Assembly: GCA_964440975.1 (NCBI GenBank)
Contig: CAYYKI010000003.1
Span: 1 to 50,442 of the forward strand
Length of the DNA: 50,442 bases
Source: an uncultured Candidatus Saccharibacteria bacterium
Lineage (GTDB): Bacteria > Patescibacteriota > Saccharimonadia > Saccharimonadales > CAZNVG01
Direction of reading: 5' to 3'
The notes under the pieces are model-generated. The model was given only the letters and a program-made list of their open reading frames with translations. It was not told where the DNA came from and made no database searches. Made by a program: the position numbers and the translations under genes. Below, one piece after another: positions 1-9,138 of the stretch; position 1 is the stretch's first letter, and every line of letters begins with the position of its first letter.

Positions 1-56
1 ACCTAGTGTTTGATATCGAACTTGTTAAGATTGAAGCTCCTGCACCGCAACAGTAA
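1..56 (+). CDS. 3' end of a CDS entering from upstream; possible FKBP-type peptidyl-prolyl isomerase C-terminus
   Basis: Open frame 3..53 followed by TAA at 54-56. The peptide LVFDIELVKIEAPAPQQ* resembles the terminal beta-strand of FKBP domains. Only 17 codons are visible. Confidence 0.3.
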   Translation, partial: LVFDIELVKIEAPAPQQ

Positions 57-135
57 CGCGGCTAGCTCCCAGTAGTATTCGTTAGCACTCTATTTGAGGT
101 GGTTAATAGTTACAAAAATTACTACATATAGTGTC

Positions 136-165
136 TTGACGTAAGCGTTATGCGCCATATATACT
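136..165 (+). promoter_or_regulatory. Sigma70-like promoter for the grx-HAD-trxB unit
   Basis: TTGACG (136-141), 18-nt spacer, TATACT (160-165). The downstream SD GAGGG (196-200) lies 5 nt before ATG 206. Confidence 0.45.
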
Positions 166-205
166 GTCTTAGTAGAACTAATAAAACACCAAAAAGAGGG
201 AATAC

Positions 206-454
206 ATGGCTAAAAAAATTACCATTTATACTAGCAACACGTGCGGTTACTGCGTGATGGTGAAAAAGTGGCTAACCATGAAAGGATTTGGCTACGAGGA
301 AGTTAATATCGAGAATAACCCTGAGCGTCAGCCCGAAATGATGCACGCAAGTGGCCAGATGGCAGTTCCCGTTACCATTGTCACAAAAGATGACGACAGC
401 CAAGAGGTTGTAGTTGGCTATAATATTGCTAAGCTAGCACCAGCAGTAGCTTAG
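206..454 (+). CDS. Glutaredoxin-like protein (YruB/NrdH-type, CxxC redox protein)
   Basis: 82 aa. Has the CGYC active site near the N-terminus, the thioredoxin-fold pattern (...VPVTIV...VVGYN) and a good SD. Confidence 0.85.
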   Translation: MAKKITIYTSNTCGYCVMVKKWLTMKGFGYEEVNIENNPERQPEMMHASGQMAVPVTIVTKDDDSQEVVVGYNIAKLAPAVA

Positions 455-474
455 TTGCCACAACTATTTTTGGC

Positions 475-1128
475 ATGGCCAACGACAAACAAACCGTCAT
501 CCTAGATTTTGATGGCACTGTTGCAGATTCTTTTGCTATGGCTGTCGAAATCGCACAAACGCTCCTCAAGCAATTCGACTATCCAGTCCCAAGCCAAGAA
601 GCCATATATGCGATGCGAGAGCTGTCTGCAGCCCAATTGATAAAGCTAACCAAAGTGTCGCCTCGCCATATACCTCGAATGATTCGCTATGTACGAAGGG
701 AGCAAAAGAAAATAATTCATACTGTCCAACCCATCAACGGAATTGAACCGGTGTTGCGACAGCTATCAAAAAAATACACACTAGCCATTGTTAGCTCTAG
801 TGATGCACCATTGATCAATACGTTTCTTGCTAAATTCAAACTAGACGATGTCATACACGAAGTTGTCGGAGGTGCAGGAATCTTTAGTAAGCACCGCCAT
901 ATTAAACGATATGCCAAAAATCATGGTCTTCGACCTGGCGACTTGCTGTATGTCGGAGATGAAGTGCGAGACATCGACGCCGCACATCGCGCAGGTGTCC
1001 CCGTTGTTTCGGTTGGTTGGGGATTCAATGGTGAGAACATTCTAAAGAAGAATGAACCAAACGCGTACGTAGACGAACCAAGTAAACTGGTGCAAGCAAT
1101 TAAAATCGTTTTCGAATCAAAACAATAA
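475..1128 (+). CDS. HAD-superfamily hydrolase (phosphoglycolate phosphatase/PpaX-like)
   Basis: HAD motif I DFDGTVADS, motif II VSSS and motif IV GDEVRDIDAA. Lies 20 nt after the grx stop codon. Confidence 0.8.
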   Translation: MANDKQTVILDFDGTVADSFAMAVEIAQTLLKQFDYPVPSQEAIYAMRELSAAQLIKLTKVSPRHIPRMIRYVRREQKKIIHTVQPINGIEPVLRQLSKKYTLAIVSSSDAPLINTFLAKFKLDDVIHEVVGGAGIFSKHRHIKRYAKNHGLRPGDLLYVGDEVRDIDAAHRAGVPVVSVGWGFNGENILKKNEPNAYVDEPSKLVQAIKIVFESKQ

Positions 1129-1145
1129 CGTATACTAGGATACAT

Positions 1146-2105
1146 ATGACAGACACTGCAAACATTGAAACTCATGACACCATCATTGTCGGTGCCGGAC
1201 CTGCCGGACTCAGCGCCGCCATTTATACAACCAGAGAAGATATCGATACGGTCCTTATTGACAAGGGCGTAATTGGCGGCCTGGCTGCCATTACTGATTG
1301 GGTAGATAACTATCCAGGCTTTAAGGATGGTATTAGTGGTCTCGATCTTGCTCAGCAACTCGAAGCACAGGCAAATCGTTTTGGTGCTGATATACGCTTG
1401 GGCGAAGTTACCAAAATCGAAGATCGAGGGACCTACAAGCTGGTAGAAACCACAGACGGGCCAATGCAAGCAAAGACCGTACTACTTGCCACCGGAAGTC
1501 AGTATAAAATGCTCAATATACCAGGTGAGCAGGAATTTTATGGACGGGGCGTGCATTACTGTGCAACCTGTGACGGTGCATTTTATCGTGATAAAAGAAT
1601 CACCGTAATTGGCGGGGGAAATTCAGCTATCCAGGAAGCGATATTCTTAACGAAATTCGCGTCGCACATAGACTTACTGGTACGATCAACGATTCGTGCA
1701 AGCGAAGTACTGCAGCAAGAACTAGAAAAGCACAAGGACAAGATCACGGTTCACTTAGGAATAACCCCACTCGAAATAGTTAGCGACAAAAGCCCGCAGG
1801 ACGGTGGTAAGGTTGTATCCGTCAAGGCAAAGGAGACTGAAGGGAGTAAAGAAATTAGCTTCGAAACTGATGGAGTCTTTGTATTTATCGGCCTATTACC
1901 ACAGAGCGAGTTTGTTAAAAACAGCCCTATTGAACTTGACGAGGTTGGACTAATAAAAACAGACGAAAATCTTGAAACATCAATCGCGGGAGTCTTCTGT
2001 GCAGGCGACGTACGCCATAACGCAACTATGCAGATTGCCTCAGCAGTTGGAGAAGGGGCCACGGCCGCCCTAAAAATACGAGAATATTTAGACGAGCATA
2101 AGTAG
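1146..2105 (+). CDS. trxB: Thioredoxin-disulfide reductase
   Basis: GAGPAGLSAA FAD motif, redox-active CATCDG and a second GGGNSA dinucleotide fold. Length 319 aa is typical. Confidence 0.93.
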   Translation: MTDTANIETHDTIIVGAGPAGLSAAIYTTREDIDTVLIDKGVIGGLAAITDWVDNYPGFKDGISGLDLAQQLEAQANRFGADIRLGEVTKIEDRGTYKLVETTDGPMQAKTVLLATGSQYKMLNIPGEQEFYGRGVHYCATCDGAFYRDKRITVIGGGNSAIQEAIFLTKFASHIDLLVRSTIRASEVLQQELEKHKDKITVHLGITPLEIVSDKSPQDGGKVVSVKAKETEGSKEISFETDGVFVFIGLLPQSEFVKNSPIELDEVGLIKTDENLETSIAGVFCAGDVRHNATMQIASAVGEGATAALKIREYLDEHK

Positions 2106-2121
2106 ACCCAAGCGCTTGATT

Positions 2122-2535
2122 CTACTGTTGTAGTGTGCCGATTTTGAGACTATCCAGGTCGGATTGCGCACGGCTCGAATGCTTACCTTCACCACCTTGC
2201 GTTGCAAATAATGATGTCCCATCTGTGCCGCATGCATCGACAATTACAGAACCTCCTGGGTGTTTTCGTATGTAGCTCGTGAGATCATACACCGTGTTAT
2301 CGATGATAGTCCAACAGTCACTACGAGTGTCATGCTTGGCTACTTCACTTGATGTTAGCTGCTTTGCACTATCACTCGAGTTTGTTTTGGTCTCTTCGTT
2401 CGAGGCCTGAGTTTTAGTTGGGGCGCTTACCTGATTTTCACTTTGTGTCTCTCGTTTGATTCCAAAGAACAACGCAGTGCCGCCCAGCACCACAATAATA
2501 ATTGCAACGATAACTAGTTTAGTGGCTTTGTGCAT
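2122..2535 (-). CDS. Membrane-anchored cytochrome b5-like heme-binding domain protein
   Basis: N-terminal TM helix, a low-complexity linker, then W-x-I-x-x-x-VYD-x-T-x-x-x-x-x-HPGG ... G-x-H-S, the cytochrome b5 signature with both His ligand positions. Confidence 0.65.
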   Translation of the reverse strand: MHKATKLVIVAIIIVVLGGTALFFGIKRETQSENQVSAPTKTQASNEETKTNSSDSAKQLTSSEVAKHDTRSDCWTIIDNTVYDLTSYIRKHPGGSVIVDACGTDGTSLFATQGGEGKHSSRAQSDLDSLKIGTLQQ

Positions 2536-2568
2536 GTCGTAATTACCGGTTCCTTTCCTGATCTATGC

Positions 2569-3225
2569 TTACAATGAATTTCTGACTACCATATCCAGTC
2601 CTGCTTTTTCGGCCCTGGCTAGGCTTTGTTGGTCGTCAATTGTATAAGCGTATACTTTTAAACCCTTTCGATGCAACTGTGTGATTATGCTTCTATGTAC
2701 CCAGTTACGACGTAACCCAACAAATTGTATCCCGCACCTACGCCGCATGCGCTCAGATACAAAAGGCCACCATCTTCTCAACTTTGCTGTTGGTACTTCT
2801 GGCATACGTTTATGAAATTCGCTGAGCGCCTTCGCGCTAAAACTTGTAACCACAATATGAGATTGTGTCTTAGTTTGCGCACGTAACGCTTCTTCAACAG
2901 CATCTGCGGACTGAACTGTTTTGAGCTCAATCATAAGGCCAACTGATTTGCTAAGGGCTTCAAGTGCTTTCTGTAAGCTGCAGATGCTTGCTCCAGAATG
3001 CAAACGAATCGCGAGTAGCTCGTCCATAGTCATATCGGCAACTTTTTTTGAGTTGGAGGCAAGACGCTGCAGTGAATCATCATGTATCACGACAGCCTTG
3101 CCATCTTTACTTACTCGCACATCAAGCTCAACCCATTCAACACCCTTATCTATGGCAAGAATAAAACCTTCAAGGCTATTTTCGGGCGCGAGCCCCATTA
3201 ATCCGCGATGGCCAATGATTTGCAT
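2569..3225 (-). CDS. Glycerophosphodiester phosphodiesterase (GDPD family)
   Basis: MQIIGHRGLMGLAPENS...VELDV...HD motifs. The ORF track starts at a TTG (3243), but the ATG at 3225 gives the canonical GDPD N-terminus. Confidence 0.85.
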   Translation of the reverse strand: MQIIGHRGLMGLAPENSLEGFILAIDKGVEWVELDVRVSKDGKAVVIHDDSLQRLASNSKKVADMTMDELLAIRLHSGASICSLQKALEALSKSVGLMIELKTVQSADAVEEALRAQTKTQSHIVVTSFSAKALSEFHKRMPEVPTAKLRRWWPFVSERMRRRCGIQFVGLRRNWVHRSIITQLHRKGLKVYAYTIDDQQSLARAEKAGLDMVVRNSL

Positions 3226-3266
3226 ACTATTAGTGTAGTACAATAGCTACAAGTAAAGGAGTAACC

Positions 3267-3791
3267 ATGCCAGATTTTAACCAAGTTCTTACGCCCGGTG
3301 ACTTTCAAAATGGAATTATTCATACCGTCATTGAAATCCCTAAGGGTTCAAGGAATAAAATTGAATGGAACCGCGAGCTCGCCTGTTTTGAATTAGACCG
3401 GGTTGAGCCAGCGATTTTTGCTAAACCTTGTAATTACGGCTTTATTCCTCAGACTAAAGACGAAGATGGCGACGAGCTTGATACCTTGGTAATTACTGAT
3501 GAATCCCTGCCGACAGGTGTCTTCACCAAAGCTAAGATAATTGGCATCCTAAACTTCGAAGACGATGGAGAGATGGACCACAAGGTTATTTGCGTACCAG
3601 CTGACGACCGCAACACTAAAGATGCGATCAATTCGCTTGAAGACTTGGACGAAGGCCTTAAGACTCAAATTGAGCATCATTTTACGCATTACAAGGATCT
3701 TAAGAAGCCTGGAAGCACAAAGGTACTTGGCTGGGGCACAATCGAAGATGCTAAAGCATGTATTGCGGAATGCATAGAAAGATACACCTAG
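3267..3791 (+). CDS. ppa: Inorganic pyrophosphatase (family I)
   Basis: Has the E-x-P-K-G-S-x-x-K-x-E and DGDELDTLV signature. SD AAAGGAG lies 5 nt upstream. Confidence 0.93.
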   Translation: MPDFNQVLTPGDFQNGIIHTVIEIPKGSRNKIEWNRELACFELDRVEPAIFAKPCNYGFIPQTKDEDGDELDTLVITDESLPTGVFTKAKIIGILNFEDDGEMDHKVICVPADDRNTKDAINSLEDLDEGLKTQIEHHFTHYKDLKKPGSTKVLGWGTIEDAKACIAECIERYT

Positions 3792-3853
3792 AAATTATTG
3801 GGTGGCAATCGTGCAATGTCGTAAGTCAGTTAGGCATCTGATATTAAGCCCGC

Positions 3854-3882
3854 TTGAGATCTGAAGCATTAGCAGCTACAAT
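3854..3882 (+). promoter_or_regulatory. Sigma70-like promoter for gap
   Basis: TTGAGA (3854-3859), 17-nt spacer, TACAAT (3877-3882). A G-rich SD precedes ATG 3906. Confidence 0.45.
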
Positions 3883-3905
3883 GAAACATTGAAACAGGGG
3901 GGTCT

Positions 3906-4928
3906 ATGAAAACGAAAGTAGCGATTAATGGCTTTGGGCGCATAGGGCGAAATGCTTTTAAAATTGCGTTCGATCGTGCCGATATTGACATTGTTGCAAT
4001 TAACGACTTAACTGACACCAAAACGCTCGCCCACCTACTTAAACACGACAGCAATTACGGTTTATACGACCATGAAGTCGCAAGTGACGACACGCATATA
4101 ATAGTTGATGGCCAATCAATATCTGTTCTCGCCGAAAAAGACCCTGCGAAACTACCCTGGAAAGACCTACAGGTAGATGTTGCGATAGAAGCAACCGGTT
4201 TTTTTACCAAACACGACGATCTAATGCTCCACATACAGGCTGGCGCCAAGCGAGTCGTATTAAGTGCTCCAGAAAAAGACGACACCCATCACGATACGTA
4301 CATCCTCGGCGTTAATGACCAAGATCTTAAGGCTGAGCATCAGATTATTTCCAATGGTTCTTGTACCACAAACTGCATCACACCTGTTGCTGCAATTATT
4401 GAACGTGAGTTTGGGATTGAAAAGGCAATGATGACAACCGTTCATAGTTACACCGCTAGCCAAAAGCTGCAAGACGCACCCGCCAAAGATCTGCGGGAAG
4501 CTCGTAACGCAGCAGAAAATATTGTGCCAACTACAACTGGCGCAAGTATAGCTGCGGCGCTCGCACTACCCAGCCTGAAGGGTATTTTTGGAGGGATGAG
4601 CATTAGAGTACCAACGCCAGTCGTATCGTTAAGTGACTTTGTTATCATTACCAAAAAGAATGTTACAGTCGAGAGTGTTAACGAGGCTTTTAAGAAAGCG
4701 GCTGCTGAACCCTATTACCAAGGAATACTGAGCTACACAGAGGAAGAGCTAGTTAGCTCAGATTACATTGGTAACCCGCATAGTGCCACGGTCGACGCTA
4801 AGCTTACAGCAGTCATTGGCGGTAATATGCTCAAAGTAGTCGCTTGGTATGACAACGAATGGGGATACTCTAACCGCCTCATAGAGATGGTCGCCGAAGC
4901 CGGTAAGCAGTTGCAGAGCGCAGCCTAA
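3906..4928 (+). CDS. gap: Type I glyceraldehyde-3-phosphate dehydrogenase
   Basis: INGFGRIGRN Rossmann motif, catalytic SCTTNC and the WYDNEWGYS C-terminal motif. Confidence 0.96.
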   Translation: MKTKVAINGFGRIGRNAFKIAFDRADIDIVAINDLTDTKTLAHLLKHDSNYGLYDHEVASDDTHIIVDGQSISVLAEKDPAKLPWKDLQVDVAIEATGFFTKHDDLMLHIQAGAKRVVLSAPEKDDTHHDTYILGVNDQDLKAEHQIISNGSCTTNCITPVAAIIEREFGIEKAMMTTVHSYTASQKLQDAPAKDLREARNAAENIVPTTTGASIAAALALPSLKGIFGGMSIRVPTPVVSLSDFVIITKKNVTVESVNEAFKKAAAEPYYQGILSYTEEELVSSDYIGNPHSATVDAKLTAVIGGNMLKVVAWYDNEWGYSNRLIEMVAEAGKQLQSAA

Positions 4929-5014
4929 CTACAACAGATGCCACAGCATAATCGTAGACAACCATTGCCCATCCAAAGCTTGAATACCGCAAGCAGAATA
5001 GCTACCCTATATAT

Positions 5015-5458
5015 ATGAAGATTTTCATTGGTTCCGACCATAACGGCTACTATTTAAAACAGGAACTCATGAAATACTTGGGTAAGCATGGCTACGATAT
5101 TGAGGACGCGGGCGATAAAAAACTAGATCCGAACGACGATTTTCCGCAATTCGCTGCTTCGGTTGCTGGCAAGATACTTGGAAGTAGCGATGATGATCCA
5201 CGGGGCATTCTGATTTGCGGGAGTGGGCAGGGTATGGCAATGGCTGCCAATCGCTTTACTGGTATTCGAGCTGCACTGGTTTGGGATAAGCAGCAAGCTA
5301 AGGCATCCAGAGAGGAAGATGACGCCAATGTACTAGTGCTGCCGGGTAGAATATTAGACGAGGACCACAGTAATGAAATAGTTGAAGCCTGGCTAAATGC
5401 TTCCTTTGATAATGCTCCCCGAAGAATCAGGCGCCTTAAAGAACTCGATGAATTGTAG
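5015..5458 (+). CDS. rpiB: Ribose-5-phosphate isomerase B
   Basis: MKIFIGSDHNGY...ICGSGQGMAMAANR (RpiB/LacAB family, catalytic Cys). Length 147 aa. Confidence 0.92.
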   Translation: MKIFIGSDHNGYYLKQELMKYLGKHGYDIEDAGDKKLDPNDDFPQFAASVAGKILGSSDDDPRGILICGSGQGMAMAANRFTGIRAALVWDKQQAKASREEDDANVLVLPGRILDEDHSNEIVEAWLNASFDNAPRRIRRLKELDEL

Positions 5459-5464
5459 GGACGT

Positions 5465-6118
5465 ATGCCGATTATTTGTCCAACCGTAACCGCAACCAAC
5501 CAAAGTGAATACCAAAAGCAGCTCGCTGACATCGCTACAGCAGCCAACCGGATTCATATCGACGTAGCAGATGGTGTGTTTGCACCAGTACAACTCTTAC
5601 CTCCACAGAATGTTTACTGGCCTAAAGAAAAAACGGCCGATATCCATGTTATGTACCAATCACCCCTACAGATTCTGCCTACACTAATCGCACTTCAGCC
5701 GCAGCTCATTATTGTTCCTGTCGAATCACCAGACGCGCCAAGTATACTGACAGAACTAAAAGATACGGGGATACGGCGAGGCTTATCTATTCAGCAAGCG
5801 ACGCCTGCTGACGCACTACGGCCTTTTATGGATCAGGTTGAGCATGTGCTCATCTTTAGCGGAGATCTTGGCCATTTTGGCGGCGTGGCAGATCTGTCCT
5901 TACTAGCAAAAGTGCAATCAATAAAAAACTGGAAGGCAGAAGTTGAAATCGGCTGGGACGGCGGGGTGAAGCTAGATAACATCCATGAACTCCGACAGGG
6001 CGGCGTTGATGTATTGAATGTTGGCGGCGCTATTCACAATGCGTCTGATCCGGTAGTAGCATATGAGCAGTTACGACAAGAGTTGTCTAGCGCTGGAGAA
6101 CGACGTGCAAAAGCGTAA
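5465..6118 (+). CDS. rpe: Divergent ribulose-phosphate 3-epimerase family protein
   Basis: Aligns by eye with Rpe: HIDVADGVFAP (HxDxMDGxFVPN), DIHVM, FSGDLGHFGG, WDGGV and VGGAI. The catalytic His/Asp positions are retained. Confidence 0.7.
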   Translation: MPIICPTVTATNQSEYQKQLADIATAANRIHIDVADGVFAPVQLLPPQNVYWPKEKTADIHVMYQSPLQILPTLIALQPQLIIVPVESPDAPSILTELKDTGIRRGLSIQQATPADALRPFMDQVEHVLIFSGDLGHFGGVADLSLLAKVQSIKNWKAEVEIGWDGGVKLDNIHELRQGGVDVLNVGGAIHNASDPVVAYEQLRQELSSAGERRAKA

Positions 6119-6266
6119 ACATTCTTCTGCTGGGAATGAAGGTTTCATCCTCCTTATTGTCATGCTGCTTATCATATTGTTTGCAGCAATTATATTTTTT
6201 ATCCTGCGTGTCAGTCGCGCACAGCGCAGCACCTCGTCCAATAATACAGTAGTTACGGTTGCGTAG
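6105..6266 (+). CDS. Possible small single-pass membrane protein
   Basis: In-frame GTG at 6105 is preceded by GGAG (6094-6097) at 7 nt. The product has a KRK cluster, a 22-residue hydrophobic helix, then RVSR (positive-inside). The track ATG at 6063 would overlap rpe by 56 nt. Confidence 0.3.
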   Translation: MQKRKHSSAGNEGFILLIVMLLIILFAAIIFFILRVSRAQRSTSSNNTVVTVA

Positions 6267-6333
6267 TCTGCCTTGCTTGATGACAGCGCGTAGGCACCAT
6301 GCATAGCTAACGTAGGTCACAAACAATAGGATT

Positions 6334-6342
6334 TGCTATAAT
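6334..6342 (+). promoter_or_regulatory. Extended -10 promoter for transketolase genes
   Basis: TGcTATAAT lies 10 nt upstream of ATG 6353. There is no SD in between. Confidence 0.45.
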
Positions 6343-6352
6343 CATAAGTAAT

Positions 6353-7210
6353 ATGCCAGCTAAACTATCCATAGAAGAACTTGAACAAAAAGCAGCCGAA
6401 ACTCGCAAGAGTATTATCGAGATGCTGGTTACAGCTGGTAGCGGTCACTCAGCTGGCCCTTTAGGGTTAGCAGATATCTTTACCGCCTTGTATTTTGATG
6501 TACTTCAATTTGACCCAAAGAACCCAAATTGGGAAGACCGCGATATCCTGCTATTAAGCAACGGGCACTGTGTACCAGCGCAATATGCTGCTATGGCACA
6601 CGCGGGCTACTTTCCACTATCTGAACTAAAGACGCTACGTAAGCTCGGGTCGAGACTGCAGGGACATCCAGAACGCACTAGACTACCTGGTCTTGAAAAC
6701 ACAAGTGGTCCTCTTGGATCAGGCGTTAGCCAGGCGGCCGGCATGGCACTAAGCCTACAGCTTGCGGACATTCATCATCGTTGGGTGTATTGCATAACTG
6801 GTGACGGTGAGCTAGATGAAGGAAATATTTGGGAAGCCGCAATGTTTGCAGCCAAATACAAGTTGTATAACCTGACGGTAATTATCGATAGGAATAATAT
6901 CCAAATAGATGGTCCGACTGAGCATGTCATGCCCCTCGAAGATTTGCATCGTAAATGGGATGCGTTTGGCTGGCATGTACTCGAAATCGACGGAAATAAT
7001 ATCGAGGATGTTATCGATGCGCTATCGATGAGTAGAGCAATAGTCGAAAAACCAACGGTTATCATCGCGCATACCGTGCCTGGAAAAGGTGTTGATTTTA
7101 TGGAATATGATTACCACTGGCACGGAAAACCACCTAAACCGGAGGAAGCCAAAGTTGCATTGAAGGAACTGCGCACACTCCAGGGCCGAATCAGATCGGA
7201 GCATGAATGA
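6353..7210 (+). CDS. tkt: Transketolase, N-terminal (TPP-binding) subunit
   Basis: GHSAGPLG, GDGELDEGNIWEA (TPP motif). This is a split-gene form; its stop overlaps the next start (ATGA). Confidence 0.93.
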   Translation: MPAKLSIEELEQKAAETRKSIIEMLVTAGSGHSAGPLGLADIFTALYFDVLQFDPKNPNWEDRDILLLSNGHCVPAQYAAMAHAGYFPLSELKTLRKLGSRLQGHPERTRLPGLENTSGPLGSGVSQAAGMALSLQLADIHHRWVYCITGDGELDEGNIWEAAMFAAKYKLYNLTVIIDRNNIQIDGPTEHVMPLEDLHRKWDAFGWHVLEIDGNNIEDVIDALSMSRAIVEKPTVIIAHTVPGKGVDFMEYDYHWHGKPPKPEEAKVALKELRTLQGRIRSEHE

Positions 7211-8175
7211 GCTCACTACTAGACATCACGTCACAACTAGAGCTTGAGCCCACCAGAGCAGGTTTTGGCCGAGGACTTCTAGAGGCAGGTAAATTGCAGC
7301 CAGAGATTGTAGCACTTTGCGCCGACCTAACAGAGTCAACGGCAATGAACTTATTTGCTGAGGAATTTCCGGAGCGATTTGTCGAAATAGGTGTAGCCGA
7401 ACAGAATCTGGTGACTGTCTCGTCTGGAATGGCTGCCATGGGTCATATTCCATTTTGTAGTAGCTACGCTGCTTTTAGCCCGGGCCGGTGCTGGGAACAA
7501 ATACGTACCACAATCTGTCTTAACGATCGACCCGTGAAAATTATTGGGTCGCACGCCGGCTTATCGGTAGGGCCAGATGGGGCAACCCATCAGATGCTCG
7601 AAGACCTCTCAATCATGCGCGCACTTCCTAATATGGTTGTCATAGCCCCGTGTGATGCCGTTGAGGCCCAAAAGGCAGCTATGGCAATGGCAACCGACAA
7701 GCGCCCCAATTACATGCGACTTGCCCGAGAAAAGTCACCAGTTTTTACGAGCCAACAAACTCCATTCGAGATTGGCAAGGCTCAGATATTCAAGGAAGGA
7801 GCGGACGTTACGATTGTTGGCACGGGCGTCATGACATACAACGCACTTGCGGCGGCACAGATACTGTTGAAACAGGGCATTAACGCTGAGGTTGTTCACT
7901 GCGCCACCTTAAAACCACTTGATGCCGTAACGATTATGAATAGTGCATCCAAAACAAAAGCTGTAGTTACTGTGGAAGAGGCGCAAATAATTGGCGGGCT
8001 TGGGAGCGCAGTCGCAGAACTGATGAGTGAATCGGTCCCAACTCCGCTTAAAAGGATAGGCGTTAAGGATGTCTTTGGTGAGTCTGGAACTATGGAAGAG
8101 CTTTGGAAGCTACATGAACTTATGCCAGAACAAATAGCAGCGACAACTAAACATTTTTTAGCTACAATTAAATAA
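7207..8175 (+). CDS. tkt: Transketolase, C-terminal (pyrimidine-binding) subunit
   Basis: FVEIGVAEQNLV, GPDGATHQMLEDL motifs. Has a 4-nt overlap with the N-terminal subunit gene. Confidence 0.93.
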   Translation: MSSLLDITSQLELEPTRAGFGRGLLEAGKLQPEIVALCADLTESTAMNLFAEEFPERFVEIGVAEQNLVTVSSGMAAMGHIPFCSSYAAFSPGRCWEQIRTTICLNDRPVKIIGSHAGLSVGPDGATHQMLEDLSIMRALPNMVVIAPCDAVEAQKAAMAMATDKRPNYMRLAREKSPVFTSQQTPFEIGKAQIFKEGADVTIVGTGVMTYNALAAAQILLKQGINAEVVHCATLKPLDAVTIMNSASKTKAVVTVEEAQIIGGLGSAVAELMSESVPTPLKRIGVKDVFGESGTMEELWKLHELMPEQIAATTKHFLATIK

Positions 8176-8193
8176 ACGTAAGCAAGGTGGGGT

Positions 8194-9105
8194 ATGCCGT
8201 TAACTCTTAGACAGATTCGCGACAATTGTGCCAAAGCCCGGTCAACTATGGCTCGAGCTCGACATGAGCACTTTGCTTTAGGGGCCTTTAATCTTGATAA
8301 TCAGGAAACTCTGATTGCAGTTTCGCGAGCAGCATCTAAGAAAAAGGCACCGGTACTCGTCGAAGTCAGCCAGGGAGAGGTTGATATGCTGGGGCTCGAT
8401 AACGTACGGGACATGGTGGACAACTATAAAGCGCAATATGGCATAGAAATGTACGTCAACCTGGACCACAGCCCTTCTATCGAAGCAGCGGTTAGGGGGA
8501 TCGAGGCGGGGTTTGAGTTTATACATATCGATATCTCGCAAGCAAACCACGATGCGACAACTGATGAAATTATTGCCAAAACTAAAGAGGTGGTTGACTA
8601 TGCAAAACTAACAGGAGCTCTCGTTGAGAGCGAGCCGCACTATTTTGGCGGTGGATCAAACAAGTTCACGAAGGCCTTTGATTATAGTGAGATTAAAAAA
8701 TACTTTAGTACACCAAAAAGCGCTATTGAGTTTGTAGCTTTGACCGGTATAGATACGTTTGCAGCCAGTATTGGTAATTTGCATGGCTCGTACCCGGTTC
8801 CTAAAAAACTTGACCTAGCTCTCCTGCAGGAGCTTCGGGACGCACTCGACTGCAATATCAGTTTGCATGGCGGGTCTGGAACGCCCGGACATTACTTTGA
8901 AAAAGCAGTCAAAATTGGCGCCAGTAAAATAAACATAAACTCTGACATGCGCGTAGCGTACAGAGATACACTGGAACGAGTACTACGTGAAAACAAATCC
9001 GAATATGCAGTGGTTAAGCTAATGGGAACAGTCATCGAGGCTGTTCAGGCGGTTGTTGAAAATAAAATCGATGCCTTTGGCTCGAAGAATAAAGCACAAC
9101 CATAA
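8194..9105 (+). CDS. fba: Class II fructose/ketose-bisphosphate aldolase
   Basis: FN-x-x-N-x-E, NLDHS, HIDxS and LHGGSG metal/substrate motifs. SD is AAGGTGGGG. Confidence 0.9.
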   Translation: MPLTLRQIRDNCAKARSTMARARHEHFALGAFNLDNQETLIAVSRAASKKKAPVLVEVSQGEVDMLGLDNVRDMVDNYKAQYGIEMYVNLDHSPSIEAAVRGIEAGFEFIHIDISQANHDATTDEIIAKTKEVVDYAKLTGALVESEPHYFGGGSNKFTKAFDYSEIKKYFSTPKSAIEFVALTGIDTFAASIGNLHGSYPVPKKLDLALLQELRDALDCNISLHGGSGTPGHYFEKAVKIGASKININSDMRVAYRDTLERVLRENKSEYAVVKLMGTVIEAVQAVVENKIDAFGSKNKAQP

Positions 9106-9138
9106 TGATCATAATCACCGACACACAAAGGAGGCTAT

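Noticed and set aside
81-110. A perfect CIRCE left arm TTAGCACTC (81-89) upstream of the grx promoter.
   Set aside because: The expected right arm GAGTGCTAA is missing at N9. Only a degenerate GAGGTGGTTAA follows after 5 nt. As a half-site or decayed element it is not enough to call an HrcA operator.
921-1469. 182-aa minus-strand ORF. Similar long antisense ORFs occur at 5092-5547, 10349-10831, 15706-16233, 25731-26210, 35441-36160, 38839-39444, 40022-40528 and 47113-47523.
   Set aside because: Each lies entirely antisense to a CDS with unmistakable family motifs (HAD/trxB, rpiB/rpe, the 413-aa ORF, gatA/gatB, pilB, clpC, radA, PBP1A, rsmD). Their products are Ser/Arg/Cys-rich with no motifs. 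They are shadow ORFs.
2108-2118. The palindromic word CCAAGCGCTTG, located between the trxB and cytochrome b5 stop codons. It recurs at 26937-26947, and AAGCGCTTGAT recurs at 30424-30434.
   Set aside because: Three hand-spotted copies cannot be tested for enrichment without counting. The palindrome has no loop, so it cannot act as a terminator hairpin. Two of the copies lie inside ORFs. It could be chance or a methylase/restriction target word.
6063-6266. ATG 6063 as the start of the small membrane ORF (67 aa, as in the ORF track).
   Set aside because: It would overlap the rpe-like CDS by 56 nt. The in-frame GTG at 6105 has a proper GGAG at 7 nt and retains the whole TM segment, so I report the shorter version at low confidence.
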